The notes below the pieces were generated by a model. That model ran no database searches, was not told the DNA's origin, and saw only the letters and a program-made list of their open reading frames with translations. Position numbers and translations under genes: made by a program. Below are positions 1-10,725 of a stretch of DNA of 64,000 nt, in pieces. The DNA comes from an uncultured Gammaproteobacteria bacterium (GTDB lineage: Bacteria > Patescibacteriota > Microgenomatia > CAYXHB01 > CAZYTL01): contig CAZYTL010000001.1 in NCBI GenBank assembly GCA_964650355.1, forward strand, positions 149,552-213,551, read 5' to 3'. Each line of letters opens with the position of its first letter. Position 1 is the stretch's first letter.

Positions 1-1
1 G

Positions 2-898
2 TTTCTGCAGAAGTACAAATATCATGGCTATTTAGTTCTGGCGTCTTTGGCCTACACTTCAGTCTCGATTTTCACCAAGTACTTAGTTATTGATCACGTT
101 AATCCGTTTAATCAAGTTTTCTGGAGAATTGTCATCGGCATGCTTTTTGCCTTACTAGCCTTTAAATTATTAACTCGACAAGCAATTGGAATTAGTAGGA
201 AAGAATTCATTGATTTGTTAATCAACGCTGTTTTGTTTGTGATATCCTGGATATGTTGGAGCACTGCCATTACTCTCGGTACCCCGATTACCAAAGCTAT
301 TGCCATCCTCTTTTCTTACCCTATTAGTATTGGTCTACTTACCTGGCTAATTTTAAAAGAAACTCCTTCTTTCAAAAACATAATTGCTTTAGGTTTAAGT
401 TTAGCTTCGGTTTACATTATTTTGGAAGTGTGGACAATTGGCAGTTTCAGCCAAATTCATCCCGGGGATATCTTTGTCCTCATCAACTCGGTTACTTTCG
501 CAGGCATGGTGGTCTGGGGCACCAAAATCAAAAGGGAATCTCAGATCAATCCTTTTAAAATCCTCTTTTACACCCTACTGATCGCCTTGCCCATTTTATT
601 AATTATCACCGCCACACTTAACCAGCTTAATGTTCCTATCTACCAACTGGAGATCAAAGCCAATTTTCAACCGTTTACGTGGTTTAACTTAATCGGGATA
701 GGCACCATCGGCACAGTCGTTAACTTAGCTTTAATTTTCTTCGCTACCCAAAAAGTCAAAACCAATATTGCCAGCGTTATTCTTTTGCTGGAAATCGTCT
801 GGGTAAACCTATTCGGAATTATCCTCTTTAAAGAAGCCTTAACTCTCACCTTAATTATTGGTACAATTGGGATATTGGTTTCTGTACTATTAGTTTGA
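2..898 (+). CDS. DMT/EamA-family transporter (5'-truncated by window edge)
   Basis: About 10 hydrophobic segments in two EamA-like halves; frame is open from position 2. Confidence 0.8.
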   Translation, partial: FLQKYKYHGYLVLASLAYTSVSIFTKYLVIDHVNPFNQVFWRIVIGMLFALLAFKLLTRQAIGISRKEFIDLLINAVLFVISWICWSTAITLGTPITKAIAILFSYPISIGLLTWLILKETPSFKNIIALGLSLASVYIILEVWTIGSFSQIHPGDIFVLINSVTFAGMVVWGTKIKRESQINPFKILFYTLLIALPILLIITATLNQLNVPIYQLEIKANFQPFTWFNLIGIGTIGTVVNLALIFFATQKVKTNIASVILLLEIVWVNLFGIILFKEALTLTLIIGTIGILVSVLLV

Positions 899-904
899 TG
901 AGGT

Positions 905-1657
905 ATGAAGAGTAAAAAGTTGGCTTTAGTAACGGGTTCCAGTAGGGGAATCGGCAAAGCCATTGCCCTGACTTTAGCTAAGGACGGATTCGACATCGTC
1001 GTGAATTGTAGTAAGTCAAAAAAACAAGGAGAAGAGGTCGGGGAAGAAATTGGAAAAATAGGCAGACAGGCTTATTTGGTTATGGGAGACATTACCAATG
1101 AAGCTCAAGCCCAAAATATCTTCAAACAGATGGCCACTATTGCCCCCCAGCTTGATTTACTAGTAAACAATGCCGGTTTCGACTACGGACATTTAATTGA
1201 AGATTATACGATTCCCCAAATGAGAGAGATTGTGGAGATTATTTTAATCGCCAAAATGACCACCACAAAGTACGCCTTACCTTTACTAAAAAAGAGCCCA
1301 AATCCGTCTATAATCAACATTGCCTCCCGGATGGGCAGAGAAAAAACCATTGAAACAGTAGGAGCTTACGGACCGGCAGAAGCAGGCGTCATTAAATTCA
1401 CTCAGTGCTGTGCTCTCGAATTTCGCAAGTACAAAATCAGAGTTAATTGTGTAGCTCCCGGATTAACCGAAACAGAATTAACCCGGAATATGGTTCCTGA
1501 GGAATCTTTTTGGAAAGAACAGGCCCGCATCAATCCTCGAGGCAGAGTTGGTACTCCCCAAGACGTCGCAAACGTGGTGTCTTTTCTCTCCTCTGAAAAA
1601 GCAGATTATATTAATGGTGAAACCATTGGAGTGAATGGCGGCAGCGTGCTGATTTAA
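905..1657 (+). CDS. SDR family oxidoreductase (FabG-like)
   Basis: TGSSRGIG, NNAG, NIAS, VNCVAPG motifs; YxxxK appears as YGPAE. Confidence 0.9.
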   Translation: MKSKKLALVTGSSRGIGKAIALTLAKDGFDIVVNCSKSKKQGEEVGEEIGKIGRQAYLVMGDITNEAQAQNIFKQMATIAPQLDLLVNNAGFDYGHLIEDYTIPQMREIVEIILIAKMTTTKYALPLLKKSPNPSIINIASRMGREKTIETVGAYGPAEAGVIKFTQCCALEFRKYKIRVNCVAPGLTETELTRNMVPEESFWKEQARINPRGRVGTPQDVANVVSFLSSEKADYINGETIGVNGGSVLI

Positions 1658-1661
1658 TCAT

Positions 1662-2636
1662 ATGAAAGACATTATCAATCTCCAATACACCACCATCAAG
1701 ACTCCCCTACCCGACTTCATTTATGAGGGATTAAAAGAGTATTCTCGCGGCGCCAATCTCTATCATCCTCAACCTCAAATATTAATAGACAAATTAGCTA
1801 AGAAATACCATCTTCCGCCTGAAATGATCTATCTTACCGCCGGCATCGACGAAGCCTTGCAGATGTTTATGCTGGCTTACGGACAACGCGGCGTTGTCTT
1901 CACTCCTACCTACACAGTCTATACAGACATTGAAGAGTTTGGCGGCAAATTAACCCCAGTTTGGTCAATCCAGGGTGACCAATATCTTATCGATCAGGGC
2001 AAGCATCCTGACGCGACTTTGATTATTCTGGCTAATCCCAACAATCCTTCCGGATTTACTCCTAAAGAAAGAGTTTTGGAATTGGTTGCCAATAATACCC
2101 ATTGCCAGGTAGTAATCGACGAAGCTTACGCTGAGTTTGCCGATCTGACCGTTATCGATCAAGTCAAAAACCATCCTCATTTGGCAGTCTTAAGAAGCTT
2201 TTCCAAGGATTACTCCATGGCGGGTAACAGAATCGGTTATCTGGTAGCTCACCCACAAGTGATAGCTCAGGTCAAAAACAAGTCCACTTGGAGTAACGTA
2301 TCTTATTTGTCCGTCGGCGCCGCAGTTGTGGCTCTTGACCATGAAGATTATTTTAAACAAATCCGAGATGAGATTAACCAGCGAAGGGAGAAATTCATTA
2401 ATTTTCTCAAAAGACAAAAGCTTACAGTTTTTCCTTCTCGAATTAACGCGGTATTAATCAAGTTTGAAACAGAGGATCGGGCCACTGATTTTGTTAATTA
2501 TTTAAACTCCAAGAATATCATTGTTAGCCACGGAAACGGCAATAGTAACATCGGACTTGATAAGTCATTTGTAAGAATCTCAATTGGCACCGCCGAACAA
2601 ATGAGTGTGCTACAGAGAGAGATAGAGAAATATTAA
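1662..2636 (+). CDS. PLP-dependent aminotransferase class I/II (HisC-like)
   Basis: NPNNPSG, DEAYAEF, RSFSKDYSMAGNRIGY, VRISIG. Confidence 0.88.
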   Translation: MKDIINLQYTTIKTPLPDFIYEGLKEYSRGANLYHPQPQILIDKLAKKYHLPPEMIYLTAGIDEALQMFMLAYGQRGVVFTPTYTVYTDIEEFGGKLTPVWSIQGDQYLIDQGKHPDATLIILANPNNPSGFTPKERVLELVANNTHCQVVIDEAYAEFADLTVIDQVKNHPHLAVLRSFSKDYSMAGNRIGYLVAHPQVIAQVKNKSTWSNVSYLSVGAAVVALDHEDYFKQIRDEINQRREKFINFLKRQKLTVFPSRINAVLIKFETEDRATDFVNYLNSKNIIVSHGNGNSNIGLDKSFVRISIGTAEQMSVLQREIEKY

Positions 2637-2721
2637 AAACTCCTTATCTCCGGAAAGGTAAAATTAAACTTCGATATCCGGAAGGCTTCTTTTTATGGTT
2701 GAAAATTAGTAAACTATAACC

Positions 2722-3387
2722 ATGATTTCGAAACTTTGGTGTATTCAACAGACGGATTTGTTTGCATCTTTATCAGCAAAAGAACTTGAAGAAGTTCATC
2801 ACCACTTCGTGATGAAAAAATATCGTAAACGCGAAGTCATCTACGAACCGGGTGACAAAGATCGGATATTTATCGTGGAAACCGGTAGAGTAGAGCTTTA
2901 TCAATTAACCCCTTCAGGTAAAAAAGTGATCATTGAAGTCCTCAAGCCAGGGGGTATATTTGGCGATTTGGGGGCCGAATCAAATATCGAAACCTTTGTC
3001 GAAGCCAGCGAAGATTCGCAAATCTGTTCCATGGATAAAGAAGCCTTTTTTGACCTGATCAGCCAATACCCAGCCGTCTCTTCGAAAATTATGAAAGGTC
3101 TTTTTAATCGCCTGGTTAACGTTGAAAATCGATTGTCATCCTTGGCCGCCGACAACGCCATGCAAAAATTGGCCAAACTGTTCTTAAGTCTGGGCAAACA
3201 ACAACAAGAAGAAGATTACATGGTGGTGACAGAAAATCATACCCATGAAGAACTGTCTCAAATGTTGGGTATCTCCCGTCAAACCGTTACCACTTTAATT
3301 AATCAAATGGAGAAAAAGAGCCTGATTCAGCGTTCAGGAAAAACCATTTGTTTTCAACCGGCGGTTCTGGAAGAACTAGCTCAATAA
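2722..3387 (+). CDS. Crp/Fnr family transcriptional regulator
   Basis: cNMP-binding beta-barrel (GRVEL...FGDLG) plus HTH THEELSQMLGISRQTVT. Confidence 0.92.
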   Translation: MISKLWCIQQTDLFASLSAKELEEVHHHFVMKKYRKREVIYEPGDKDRIFIVETGRVELYQLTPSGKKVIIEVLKPGGIFGDLGAESNIETFVEASEDSQICSMDKEAFFDLISQYPAVSSKIMKGLFNRLVNVENRLSSLAADNAMQKLAKLFLSLGKQQQEEDYMVVTENHTHEELSQMLGISRQTVTTLINQMEKKSLIQRSGKTICFQPAVLEELAQ

Positions 3388-3531
3388 CTAAATAATATGG
3401 ATACATCTCAAGTAGCCATTTAAAGAGATAAAATATTTAACCCAAATCCCCAATTTATATCCAGGCTATTCTTTGTCTTCACCATCACCTTATCACTGGT
3501 CATTTGGGGACCCCTCAGATAATCCTGAAGC

Positions 3532-4284
3532 TCACTTCTGGCTGCCGTATTTACTTTCAAAATCTGGTTGACAATATTCATTAACTAACTCCTGATATAA
3601 ATCCATGGTCAGCCTCCAAGAAGGATAGCTTAATTTATTTAAAAAAGCCTCATAAATCGAGTTAGTCTTGGGGTCAGCCGCCAATGCCTCTAGATATTCT
3701 TCTCTCTTTTTAGGTACTAAACACAGATTAATAAAATTAATTCCGGTAATATCATCTCTATATTCGAATAAGTCTTTCCACTGTCTTTCTATTGCAGCAT
3801 AGTCCCCCAATTTGTATGCTTTTACATGTTCTCTGACTCGACCAACTGTTTCTATCGCGTCAGAAATTCCTCGTTGATCGGCCGATATTAGGTGCGTTGT
3901 TTGATTACCGACCACTCTTTCAACAGGATTAAAATTCATTGAGGATTTATTAATCTTAAATTTTTTAAACACTTGGGTGAGTCTATCGGGGTCGCTTAAT
4001 AATTGACAGAATTCTTCTGCTTTTTGGACCACAAATCTAGTTTGTGAGTCATTTAAATTCAGTCCGCTGGATGCCTGAGAAACCCCGTTCCATACCTCCG
4101 CGACCTTCTTTCCTGATACTAATGACTTCAACATCAGCTTCAATATCGTTTGGCTACAAAAGGAAGCATCCGATCGCAATTCATCCTCAGCGGATAGTCT
4201 TTTTTTCTCCCAGCTATCCGCTACAACTTTGTCCAGATCAATTTCTTGTCTTATTCTTTCAAAGATGTCTTCATCTGCTTCCAT
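3532..4284 (-). CDS. hypothetical protein
   Basis: 250-aa ORF, no recognisable motif. Confidence 0.6.
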   Translation of the reverse strand: MEADEDIFERIRQEIDLDKVVADSWEKKRLSAEDELRSDASFCSQTILKLMLKSLVSGKKVAEVWNGVSQASSGLNLNDSQTRFVVQKAEEFCQLLSDPDRLTQVFKKFKINKSSMNFNPVERVVGNQTTHLISADQRGISDAIETVGRVREHVKAYKLGDYAAIERQWKDLFEYRDDITGINFINLCLVPKKREEYLEALAADPKTNSIYEAFLNKLSYPSWRLTMDLYQELVNEYCQPDFESKYGSQK

Positions 4285-4460
4285 GTCATTACGAGTTTAA
4301 ATCAAACAAAATACTAAGAGAACTCTTAAGGAAGTTTGATATTCCTCTGTATTAAATAATAGTCTGAATTTTATGTCAATCCTTCTATCTGTCTAAATCA
4401 GTAAAGAAAGTCAAACCCGGATGCAACAACAGTAATTTTCATGTTAAAATCCATATAACT

Positions 4461-4808
4461 ATGAATTTAGACGGCGCGGTTTTTTACACCAGCGACATAG
4501 AAAAAATCACCGACTTTTACCAAAACATAATTGGTTTGCAACTTGAATACCGTCAAGGAGACAAGTTTGTTTCTTTTATCTTTCCTAACGGAGGCAGACT
4601 GGGAATCAAAAAAGCTGTAGAACAACGGGAAACTCCAGGAAAACAATCAGTGTTTATTGCAGTTGATCAGATTGAAGAACTTTATCAACAATTAAAAGAC
4701 CAGGACTTAAACATCTATAAAGAATTAACTGATGAATCGTGGGGCACAGCATTCGATATCCTAGACCCTGACGATAATAAAGTGGTCTTCATGAGAAGAA
4801 AGAAGTGA
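4461..4808 (+). CDS. VOC/glyoxalase family protein
   Basis: FYQNIIGL, ESWG..F.ILDPDDN pattern. Confidence 0.88.
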   Translation: MNLDGAVFYTSDIEKITDFYQNIIGLQLEYRQGDKFVSFIFPNGGRLGIKKAVEQRETPGKQSVFIAVDQIEELYQQLKDQDLNIYKELTDESWGTAFDILDPDDNKVVFMRRKK

Positions 4809-4814
4809 TAAACT

Positions 4815-6191
4815 ATGATCCTTAAATCCATCAATCCTCACGACCAGTCAGTCGTCGGAACGTTGAAAATCTCTACTGCCAAAGACGTAGAGGATGCCGT
4901 TACCAAAGCCAGGAAAGCATATCCATCCTGGAAAGAAACTTCAATTAAGCAGCGGGTTAAATATATTAAAAAATATAAAAATTTACTGGCAAAACACAGG
5001 CAGGAAATTGCTGAATTAGTTACCAAAGAGATGGGCAAGCCCTTGTCGCAGTCTTTGGATGATGTCAAATTTGAACTGGGATTTATTGACTACTATGTTA
5101 AAAACGCTCCCAAGTTCTTAGCTGACGAGCAGGTACTGAAGAATAAGTCCGGTACTTTCAGGATCACTTATGAACCATACGGTGTCTGCGCCTGCATCGC
5201 TCCCTGGAATTTTCCTTTATCCATGATGAATTCTGGTGTGCTTCCCGCTTTAATAGCAGGGAATACAGTCGTCTTCAAACCTTCTGAACATTGCAGTCTG
5301 AGCCAGAAAATGTTTTGTGATTTACTTCAGGAAACTGATATTCCGGATGGGGCTCTGAATCTAATTATTGGTGCTGGTGAGGTGGGATCTCGACTGGTTG
5401 ACAGCCATGTGGATCTGGTTTGGTTTACAGGCAGCACCCAAGTAGGAAAGGAGATCCACAGTAAATGCGGACAAAAATTCATTAAATGCTTGTTAGAAAT
5501 GGGCGGCAGTAGCCCCGGAATCATTTTCGCGGATGCGGATATTGATCAGGCAGTTGATAGCCTGTATTGGGCAAGATTCCTTAACTGTGGGCAGGTCTGC
5601 ACATCTGTCAAGCGCTTGTTTGTCCAGGATAAGGTATTTGATCAAGTCGTGGAGAAATTCGTACAAAAACTCAATACCGTTAAAGTCGGGGATCCGCTAA
5701 AAAACTCAGATCTTGGTCCGCTAGTTTCTCAAAAACAGCTCCAGACACTTAAGTCTCAAGTTAAAGATGCTCTGGATAAGGGGGCTCGAGTGGAAGTAGG
5801 AGGTAAGGAGCCTTCAGATCCCCAGCTAAAACAAGGCAATTATTATCTGCCCATCCTGCTGACCCACGTCAACTTTGACATGCGGGTGATGAAAGAAGAA
5901 GTCTTCGGCCCGGTTTGGCCGATCATGCCTTTTAAAACCGAAAAACAGGCGATTGAATTTGCTAATCATACCGATTACGGCTTGTCAGCGGAAGTTTACA
6001 CTTCGGATTTAGCCAAAGCAGAAAGGGTGGCCAAGCAAATTCAATCCGGTACCGTGGCCATCAATACCGACGACTTTTTCTTTCCTGAGTGTCCTTTCGG
6101 CGGGTACAAATCCAGCGGCATGGGTAGAGAATACGGAAAAATCGGCATGCAAGAATTCTGCCAAATTAAAACCATTGCTACTTCTAAGTAA
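4815..6191 (+). CDS. NAD(P)-dependent aldehyde dehydrogenase
   Basis: PWNFP, KPSE, FTGS, LEMGG, GQVC, EEVFGP, PFGGYKSSG. Confidence 0.95.
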   Translation: MILKSINPHDQSVVGTLKISTAKDVEDAVTKARKAYPSWKETSIKQRVKYIKKYKNLLAKHRQEIAELVTKEMGKPLSQSLDDVKFELGFIDYYVKNAPKFLADEQVLKNKSGTFRITYEPYGVCACIAPWNFPLSMMNSGVLPALIAGNTVVFKPSEHCSLSQKMFCDLLQETDIPDGALNLIIGAGEVGSRLVDSHVDLVWFTGSTQVGKEIHSKCGQKFIKCLLEMGGSSPGIIFADADIDQAVDSLYWARFLNCGQVCTSVKRLFVQDKVFDQVVEKFVQKLNTVKVGDPLKNSDLGPLVSQKQLQTLKSQVKDALDKGARVEVGGKEPSDPQLKQGNYYLPILLTHVNFDMRVMKEEVFGPVWPIMPFKTEKQAIEFANHTDYGLSAEVYTSDLAKAERVAKQIQSGTVAINTDDFFFPECPFGGYKSSGMGREYGKIGMQEFCQIKTIATSK

Positions 6192-6206
6192 GAAACTTCG
6201 TACAAA

Positions 6207-6707
6207 ATGAATAACAATTCCGTTACTCCAATCCAGGTTAAGGATATTTTTTCGAACATAAAAGCAGGGAAAAAGGTCTTTGTTCGTAATCAAGAATTGA
6301 ATATTCTTGATATTAAACTTGCCAATGATAGTTATGATTACGCTAAAGTTAAAATTAAACTGACTCCTAATAAAACTCAATATTTAGAACTATATTGGGA
6401 GGGACCTTATCTGGGGATTGAACTTTCAGAAGATATTGACGAATTTAGCAATTTTGATTTTGAAAACTTCGACGCACCAAAAGCTCTCAAAAGGCACGGT
6501 ATTAAGTACGAACTAGGAGATCAAGGAAGCTCAATCGTGACAGATTCAGACCCCACAGGAGATTATCACCAAGGAGATAAGGTAAGCTACTGGGAATATT
6601 TTTCGAAAGATAAACGTACGCGGATTAGTTTAGGATATAACCAAAGATCCCGAAAATGGCTGAATATGTTCGCCGAAAAATTGAACCCTAGTGAAATAAC
6701 ATATTAA
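6207..6707 (+). CDS. hypothetical protein
   Basis: 166-aa ORF in operon context. Confidence 0.6.
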   Translation: MNNNSVTPIQVKDIFSNIKAGKKVFVRNQELNILDIKLANDSYDYAKVKIKLTPNKTQYLELYWEGPYLGIELSEDIDEFSNFDFENFDAPKALKRHGIKYELGDQGSSIVTDSDPTGDYHQGDKVSYWEYFSKDKRTRISLGYNQRSRKWLNMFAEKLNPSEITY

Positions 6708-6763
6708 TTTATACCAATAAAAATCATTAACATTCGTCAATCATTACATTTATAATCATCCTT

Positions 6764-7279
6764 ATGAAGGTCATTCTTTACATAGCTACTTCTATCAACG
6801 GATTAATCACCAGAGGAAAAGACGATTCCGACTGGGTAACTGAAACAGACTGGAAGCAATTTAGTCAATTAATGAAAGAGTGTGGCATCATGGTGATGGG
6901 CAGAAGGACTTATGAAATATTTGGTGACGATTTTCCCTGCGCAGGAGCAATTAACGTGGTAATGACCGGCAATAAAAAGTTATTAGCCCAAAAGACTCCA
7001 GAGAATGTTATCTTCACGGATAAATCTCCTAAACAAGTAATTCAAATGGCTGAAAAAAAAGGTTTTGAAAAATTAATGCTTATTGGTGGCATGACTCTGA
7101 ATACGTCATTTTTAAAAGAAAATTTGGTGAATGAGATCTGGCTTAGTATTCACCCCTTATTGATAGGAGAAGGATTGAGAATAATGGACACTTTTGACTG
7201 CTTTAAAAAACTTACCAGACTGGGAGTTAAGAAACTTGATGAAGGATTAGTGCAAATAAGATACCAGTTCAACAAATAA
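6764..7279 (+). CDS. Dihydrofolate reductase/RibD C-terminal family protein
   Basis: IATSINGLI, MGRRTY, IGG, PLLIGEG. Confidence 0.9.
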   Translation: MKVILYIATSINGLITRGKDDSDWVTETDWKQFSQLMKECGIMVMGRRTYEIFGDDFPCAGAINVVMTGNKKLLAQKTPENVIFTDKSPKQVIQMAEKKGFEKLMLIGGMTLNTSFLKENLVNEIWLSIHPLLIGEGLRIMDTFDCFKKLTRLGVKKLDEGLVQIRYQFNK

Positions 7280-7301
7280 TGAGTCGAGGTAATTGTAAAT
7301 A

Positions 7302-8225
7302 TTAATTCGTCTCTTGTAGCTTCTTCAAAATCTCCTTTCTCAACCACAACTTAGAAGTCTCGCCTAAATCTTCTTCGAACTTAATATCCAAGATACGAGT
7401 CAATAACTGTTTAACTTCAGGATTTTGGGTGTAAATGTAGTTGTTGCCCCCGCTGATACTGGGAGAGGTGAGAAACCAGTAATCACTTCCAAAAGACTTC
7501 AGAGCAGATTCAATGGTCTGTAAATGCTGATCAATAAATGATTTACTGTTCCATAACTCCAACTGGCCTATGACCAAATCAGTTTCGAAACCAGCATAAT
7601 TAATTTTTTTAGTATCGTTAATAACCGATTGCCGGGGGTTTTCATGCACTTCTCTTTCTAGACTATTGAAATAAATTTCCGTCCAGTTATCAGGTAATTC
7701 AAGATAAGCTTTCAATTCATTAAAAGCCTCAATATCTCTTTGATCAGTTACCGAAGCCTTAAAATTCAGAGTATTAGAAATAATCGCCGTATAAAGCAGA
7801 TTCGCACTTACATGGGAAATCTTTTCCGCAAGCCCGTGCGACTTATACTCTTCCCAAATCAAAGTAGCGCAGGCCCCCACCGGTTCAATCTTAGCTTTAT
7901 CACCCAATTTTTCATTCCAGTAGGTTTCCATTCCTGCTCTATGATCATAGAGTTCAATAATTTTATCCTGATCTACAAAAGCAGCCACGATTTTAGGATT
8001 AGACTCGTCTATAATTACGTACTCATGATTACCATCTTTAATTGAAGCACGTAGATCATAACTCCATTGTTTAATTTCTGGAACCACACTGGCATTGGGT
8101 TCACCAGCCAGCACAGCTTGACAAACAACCTTTTTTTTCCTTAGTAGTTCCTGATAAGCAATCGCGCATGCCAAAGTATCAAGATCATAAAATTCCTCGC
8201 CAGCTGTGATAATTATCTCCGCCAT
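7302..8225 (-). CDS. DHH/DHHA2 Mn-dependent inorganic pyrophosphatase (PpaC-like)
   Basis: DLDTLACA, YDHR, EPVGACATLI, IISNTLNF, C-terminal LRKEI. Confidence 0.8.
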   Translation of the reverse strand: MAEIIITAGEEFYDLDTLACAIAYQELLRKKKVVCQAVLAGEPNASVVPEIKQWSYDLRASIKDGNHEYVIIDESNPKIVAAFVDQDKIIELYDHRAGMETYWNEKLGDKAKIEPVGACATLIWEEYKSHGLAEKISHVSANLLYTAIISNTLNFKASVTDQRDIEAFNELKAYLELPDNWTEIYFNSLEREVHENPRQSVINDTKKINYAGFETDLVIGQLELWNSKSFIDQHLQTIESALKSFGSDYWFLTSPSISGGNNYIYTQNPEVKQLLTRILDIKFEEDLGETSKLWLRKEILKKLQETN

Positions 8226-8228
8226 GAA

Positions 8229-8828
8229 TTATTTATTACCTAAAAGATTAACCATAATATTTTTCGTTGTTTCAGGGTCCTGAAAGGGGTAAGTAACTAT
8301 TCCCAATTCCTTCGCTACGTCTATATTTGCAAACGAATCATCAAAATAAGCACATTCGGAGCCTTCTACTTTGTTTTCATTCAGAACTAATTGATAGGCT
8401 TTGGGATCTGGTTTCACATAACCGGTTTCCCAGGAGAAATACGCCTTGTCAACAGAATTAAATACCAAGGGAAAATGCTGTCGATAATACTCAGTTCGTT
8501 CCTTAAAATTGTTAGATAATATAAAAACCTTAAGTTCTTGTTCTCTCATTTCGTTTGCCAATTTTACCATCTGTTGATCAACTATTTCACCGCTAAACCA
8601 GAAATGAAAAAATTCATCTTTTGAAAAATTCAAACCCAATTTTCGTAAATGAGGCTCCCATATCTGGAAGGCATTGGCCACTCCGGGTTTCCGGACAATC
8701 GCCATTACTTGTTTCAGTGAAGATAAAAAGTCTTTTTGATTCACACCATAAGCCTGAGCGATTCTTTCGCTTAGGTATTCGCCTTTTACGAATACACCGT
8801 TTAAATCAAATATTATTGCTTTAATCAT
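8229..8828 (-). CDS. HAD-superfamily hydrolase
   Basis: FDLNGV, LSN, KPDP, FDDS motifs. Confidence 0.9.
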   Translation of the reverse strand: MIKAIIFDLNGVFVKGEYLSERIAQAYGVNQKDFLSSLKQVMAIVRKPGVANAFQIWEPHLRKLGLNFSKDEFFHFWFSGEIVDQQMVKLANEMREQELKVFILSNNFKERTEYYRQHFPLVFNSVDKAYFSWETGYVKPDPKAYQLVLNENKVEGSECAYFDDSFANIDVAKELGIVTYPFQDPETTKNIMVNLLGNK

Positions 8829-8869
8829 GACAAAACATTTATAATATCTAAATTATAAAGCATCATATC

Positions 8870-9286
8870 ATGGATCAGAAATATGACATCCACAAAGCCG
8901 CAGGAATTTTAATTCAGGACCGAAAACTTCTGGTAGAAAAGTCACATCATAAAAAATTTTTTGTCGCCCCGGGTGGAAAGCTTGAAAAGAACGAGACACT
9001 CAGACAAGCGTTGATCCGGGAACTCAAGGAAGAATTTCAGATCAGTGTACAAAAATTAGATTTAGAAAAATTCGGAACATTTTCTGCTCCGGCAGCGGGT
9101 AATGAAAGCCAGACAGTACGCATGGAAGTATTCCTTGTTAAACAATGGCAAGGAGACATTCAGCCGGACCACGAAGTAGAACAAGTTCATTGGATTAACT
9201 CCCGGATTCCTTCTGATATTCAGGTCGGATCCATTTTCGAACACGAAGTCATTCCCAGATTAAAGTCAATGAATCTAATTGATTAA
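8870..9286 (+). CDS. NUDIX hydrolase
   Basis: Nudix box PGGKLEKNETLRQALIRELKEE. Confidence 0.92.
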   Translation: MDQKYDIHKAAGILIQDRKLLVEKSHHKKFFVAPGGKLEKNETLRQALIRELKEEFQISVQKLDLEKFGTFSAPAAGNESQTVRMEVFLVKQWQGDIQPDHEVEQVHWINSRIPSDIQVGSIFEHEVIPRLKSMNLID

Positions 9287-9289
9287 TAA

Positions 9290-10561
9290 TTACCACCCTA
9301 CCGGTTGGGTACGCACCCAATATAGACCGTGGCCTACTTGTTTTTCAAACTCGTCAATTCTTTTCTGCGCTTCTCCTGACCAATGCCATTCCCAACCTTT
9401 TTCCAACACCTGCACATACAATTTTTCTGCCACCATTTTTTTCTTAAAACCCGCATCTGTGGAACGAACCGACTTAATTAAATGGAGAGCCCCTTCACAA
9501 ATCATGTCCGGGTTCCACCAGGGGCGGCAACTTGACCACCACCAGTAACAACTAGACAGTCCTTTGTCCAAGTGATTCCTGGCTGAGTGCCATCTCCAAT
9601 CAGGATCTACCTTAGGTTGAGGAAAGCTAGCCAAGTTGGAGATTGCCAACCAAGCCAGTTCCCATTGCATGATTTGAACTTCGTTATCCTGTTTATACCA
9701 GAGGGGGTAGGGGAGCTGTTCACTTTGATCTTCGGCAGCCAAGTCTTGTTCGGTAGTTTCCCAGGTAGCGGGCAATAATTGAACCTTTGTGGCGGGTTGC
9801 TGGCTAACTTGATCCAAATAGTCACTAATAGTGAGAAAGTTAATTTTCTGATTGCCAAAGGCCCTTTTTAAAACATCAATTCTGTCAGCATAATGGTGTC
9901 CGAATAACTCCATATCATTCCCGGTGATCAAAAGTTTTCGTTCGTCTGCGTAATCCTGAGAAATAAACCAAAAGAAATCATCCAGAACCAATTCCTGGGT
10001 GCTGCGTAACTGGTTAGACCAGTGACGTTGGACAGGCACAATCTTCACCCCGTCTTCCTGATCATCTGTCAGATAGTATTTTGACCAATCCAAAATATTA
10101 AACTTACCACTAACCGATAATTCGTCTACCAATAGATAAGTAAATTTTGATTTGTTTGCCGCTCTCAACACCCGGGGTGCGAAAGCTAATTCACTGGAGA
10201 AGAATCCCTGCGGCTGGTACACCTTTTTGCCCAATAATCGTTGATTAGCTTCCATGCCTAACCTGATCTGACGTAAAATTTCCTTTTCTGGAATTAAAGG
10301 CAAAAAGGCATGATGTTTGGCCGACGCCACAAACTCGATTTGACCTCTACCGGCTAATCTCTTCAGCCTCTCTATCAACTCCGGGTACTCATAAGCTAGC
10401 TGTTCTGTTAAACAGCCGTTAATATTGATGCTTACTTTTACTCGCCGATAACGATTTAATAACTTAAAGAAAGGCAGATAAGATTGATTAACAACTTGGG
10501 TCAAAATTTCCGGCTTCTGATCGTGCGGCTGATAAAGGTGGAGAAACAACACCCAGTTCAT
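9290..10561 (-). CDS. Glycoside hydrolase family 57 protein
   Basis: HLYQP, HAFLPLI, SELAF, DMELFGHH, SCYWWW; adjacent to glgA. Confidence 0.88.
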   Translation of the reverse strand: MNWVLFLHLYQPHDQKPEILTQVVNQSYLPFFKLLNRYRRVKVSININGCLTEQLAYEYPELIERLKRLAGRGQIEFVASAKHHAFLPLIPEKEILRQIRLGMEANQRLLGKKVYQPQGFFSSELAFAPRVLRAANKSKFTYLLVDELSVSGKFNILDWSKYYLTDDQEDGVKIVPVQRHWSNQLRSTQELVLDDFFWFISQDYADERKLLITGNDMELFGHHYADRIDVLKRAFGNQKINFLTISDYLDQVSQQPATKVQLLPATWETTEQDLAAEDQSEQLPYPLWYKQDNEVQIMQWELAWLAISNLASFPQPKVDPDWRWHSARNHLDKGLSSCYWWWSSCRPWWNPDMICEGALHLIKSVRSTDAGFKKKMVAEKLYVQVLEKGWEWHWSGEAQKRIDEFEKQVGHGLYWVRTQPVGW

Positions 10562-10725
10562 AAATCACTGGAACATGAAACATAAAAACAAAAAACAAAC
10601 AGAGAACTATTCATCTTTAACCAATATCAGGTAACATTAACCAACAACTTCTGAAATTCTGTTAGTGGCAATTTTTATGCCAATTGTAAATGTCTTGAGT
10701 TAATTGTTCTATGCTCTCGTGGTTC

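Noticed and set aside
1882-1898. GACAACGC-G-GCGTTGTC palindrome resembling the cassette
   Set aside because: Inside the aminotransferase CDS, 1-nt loop, lacks flanks; likely chance.
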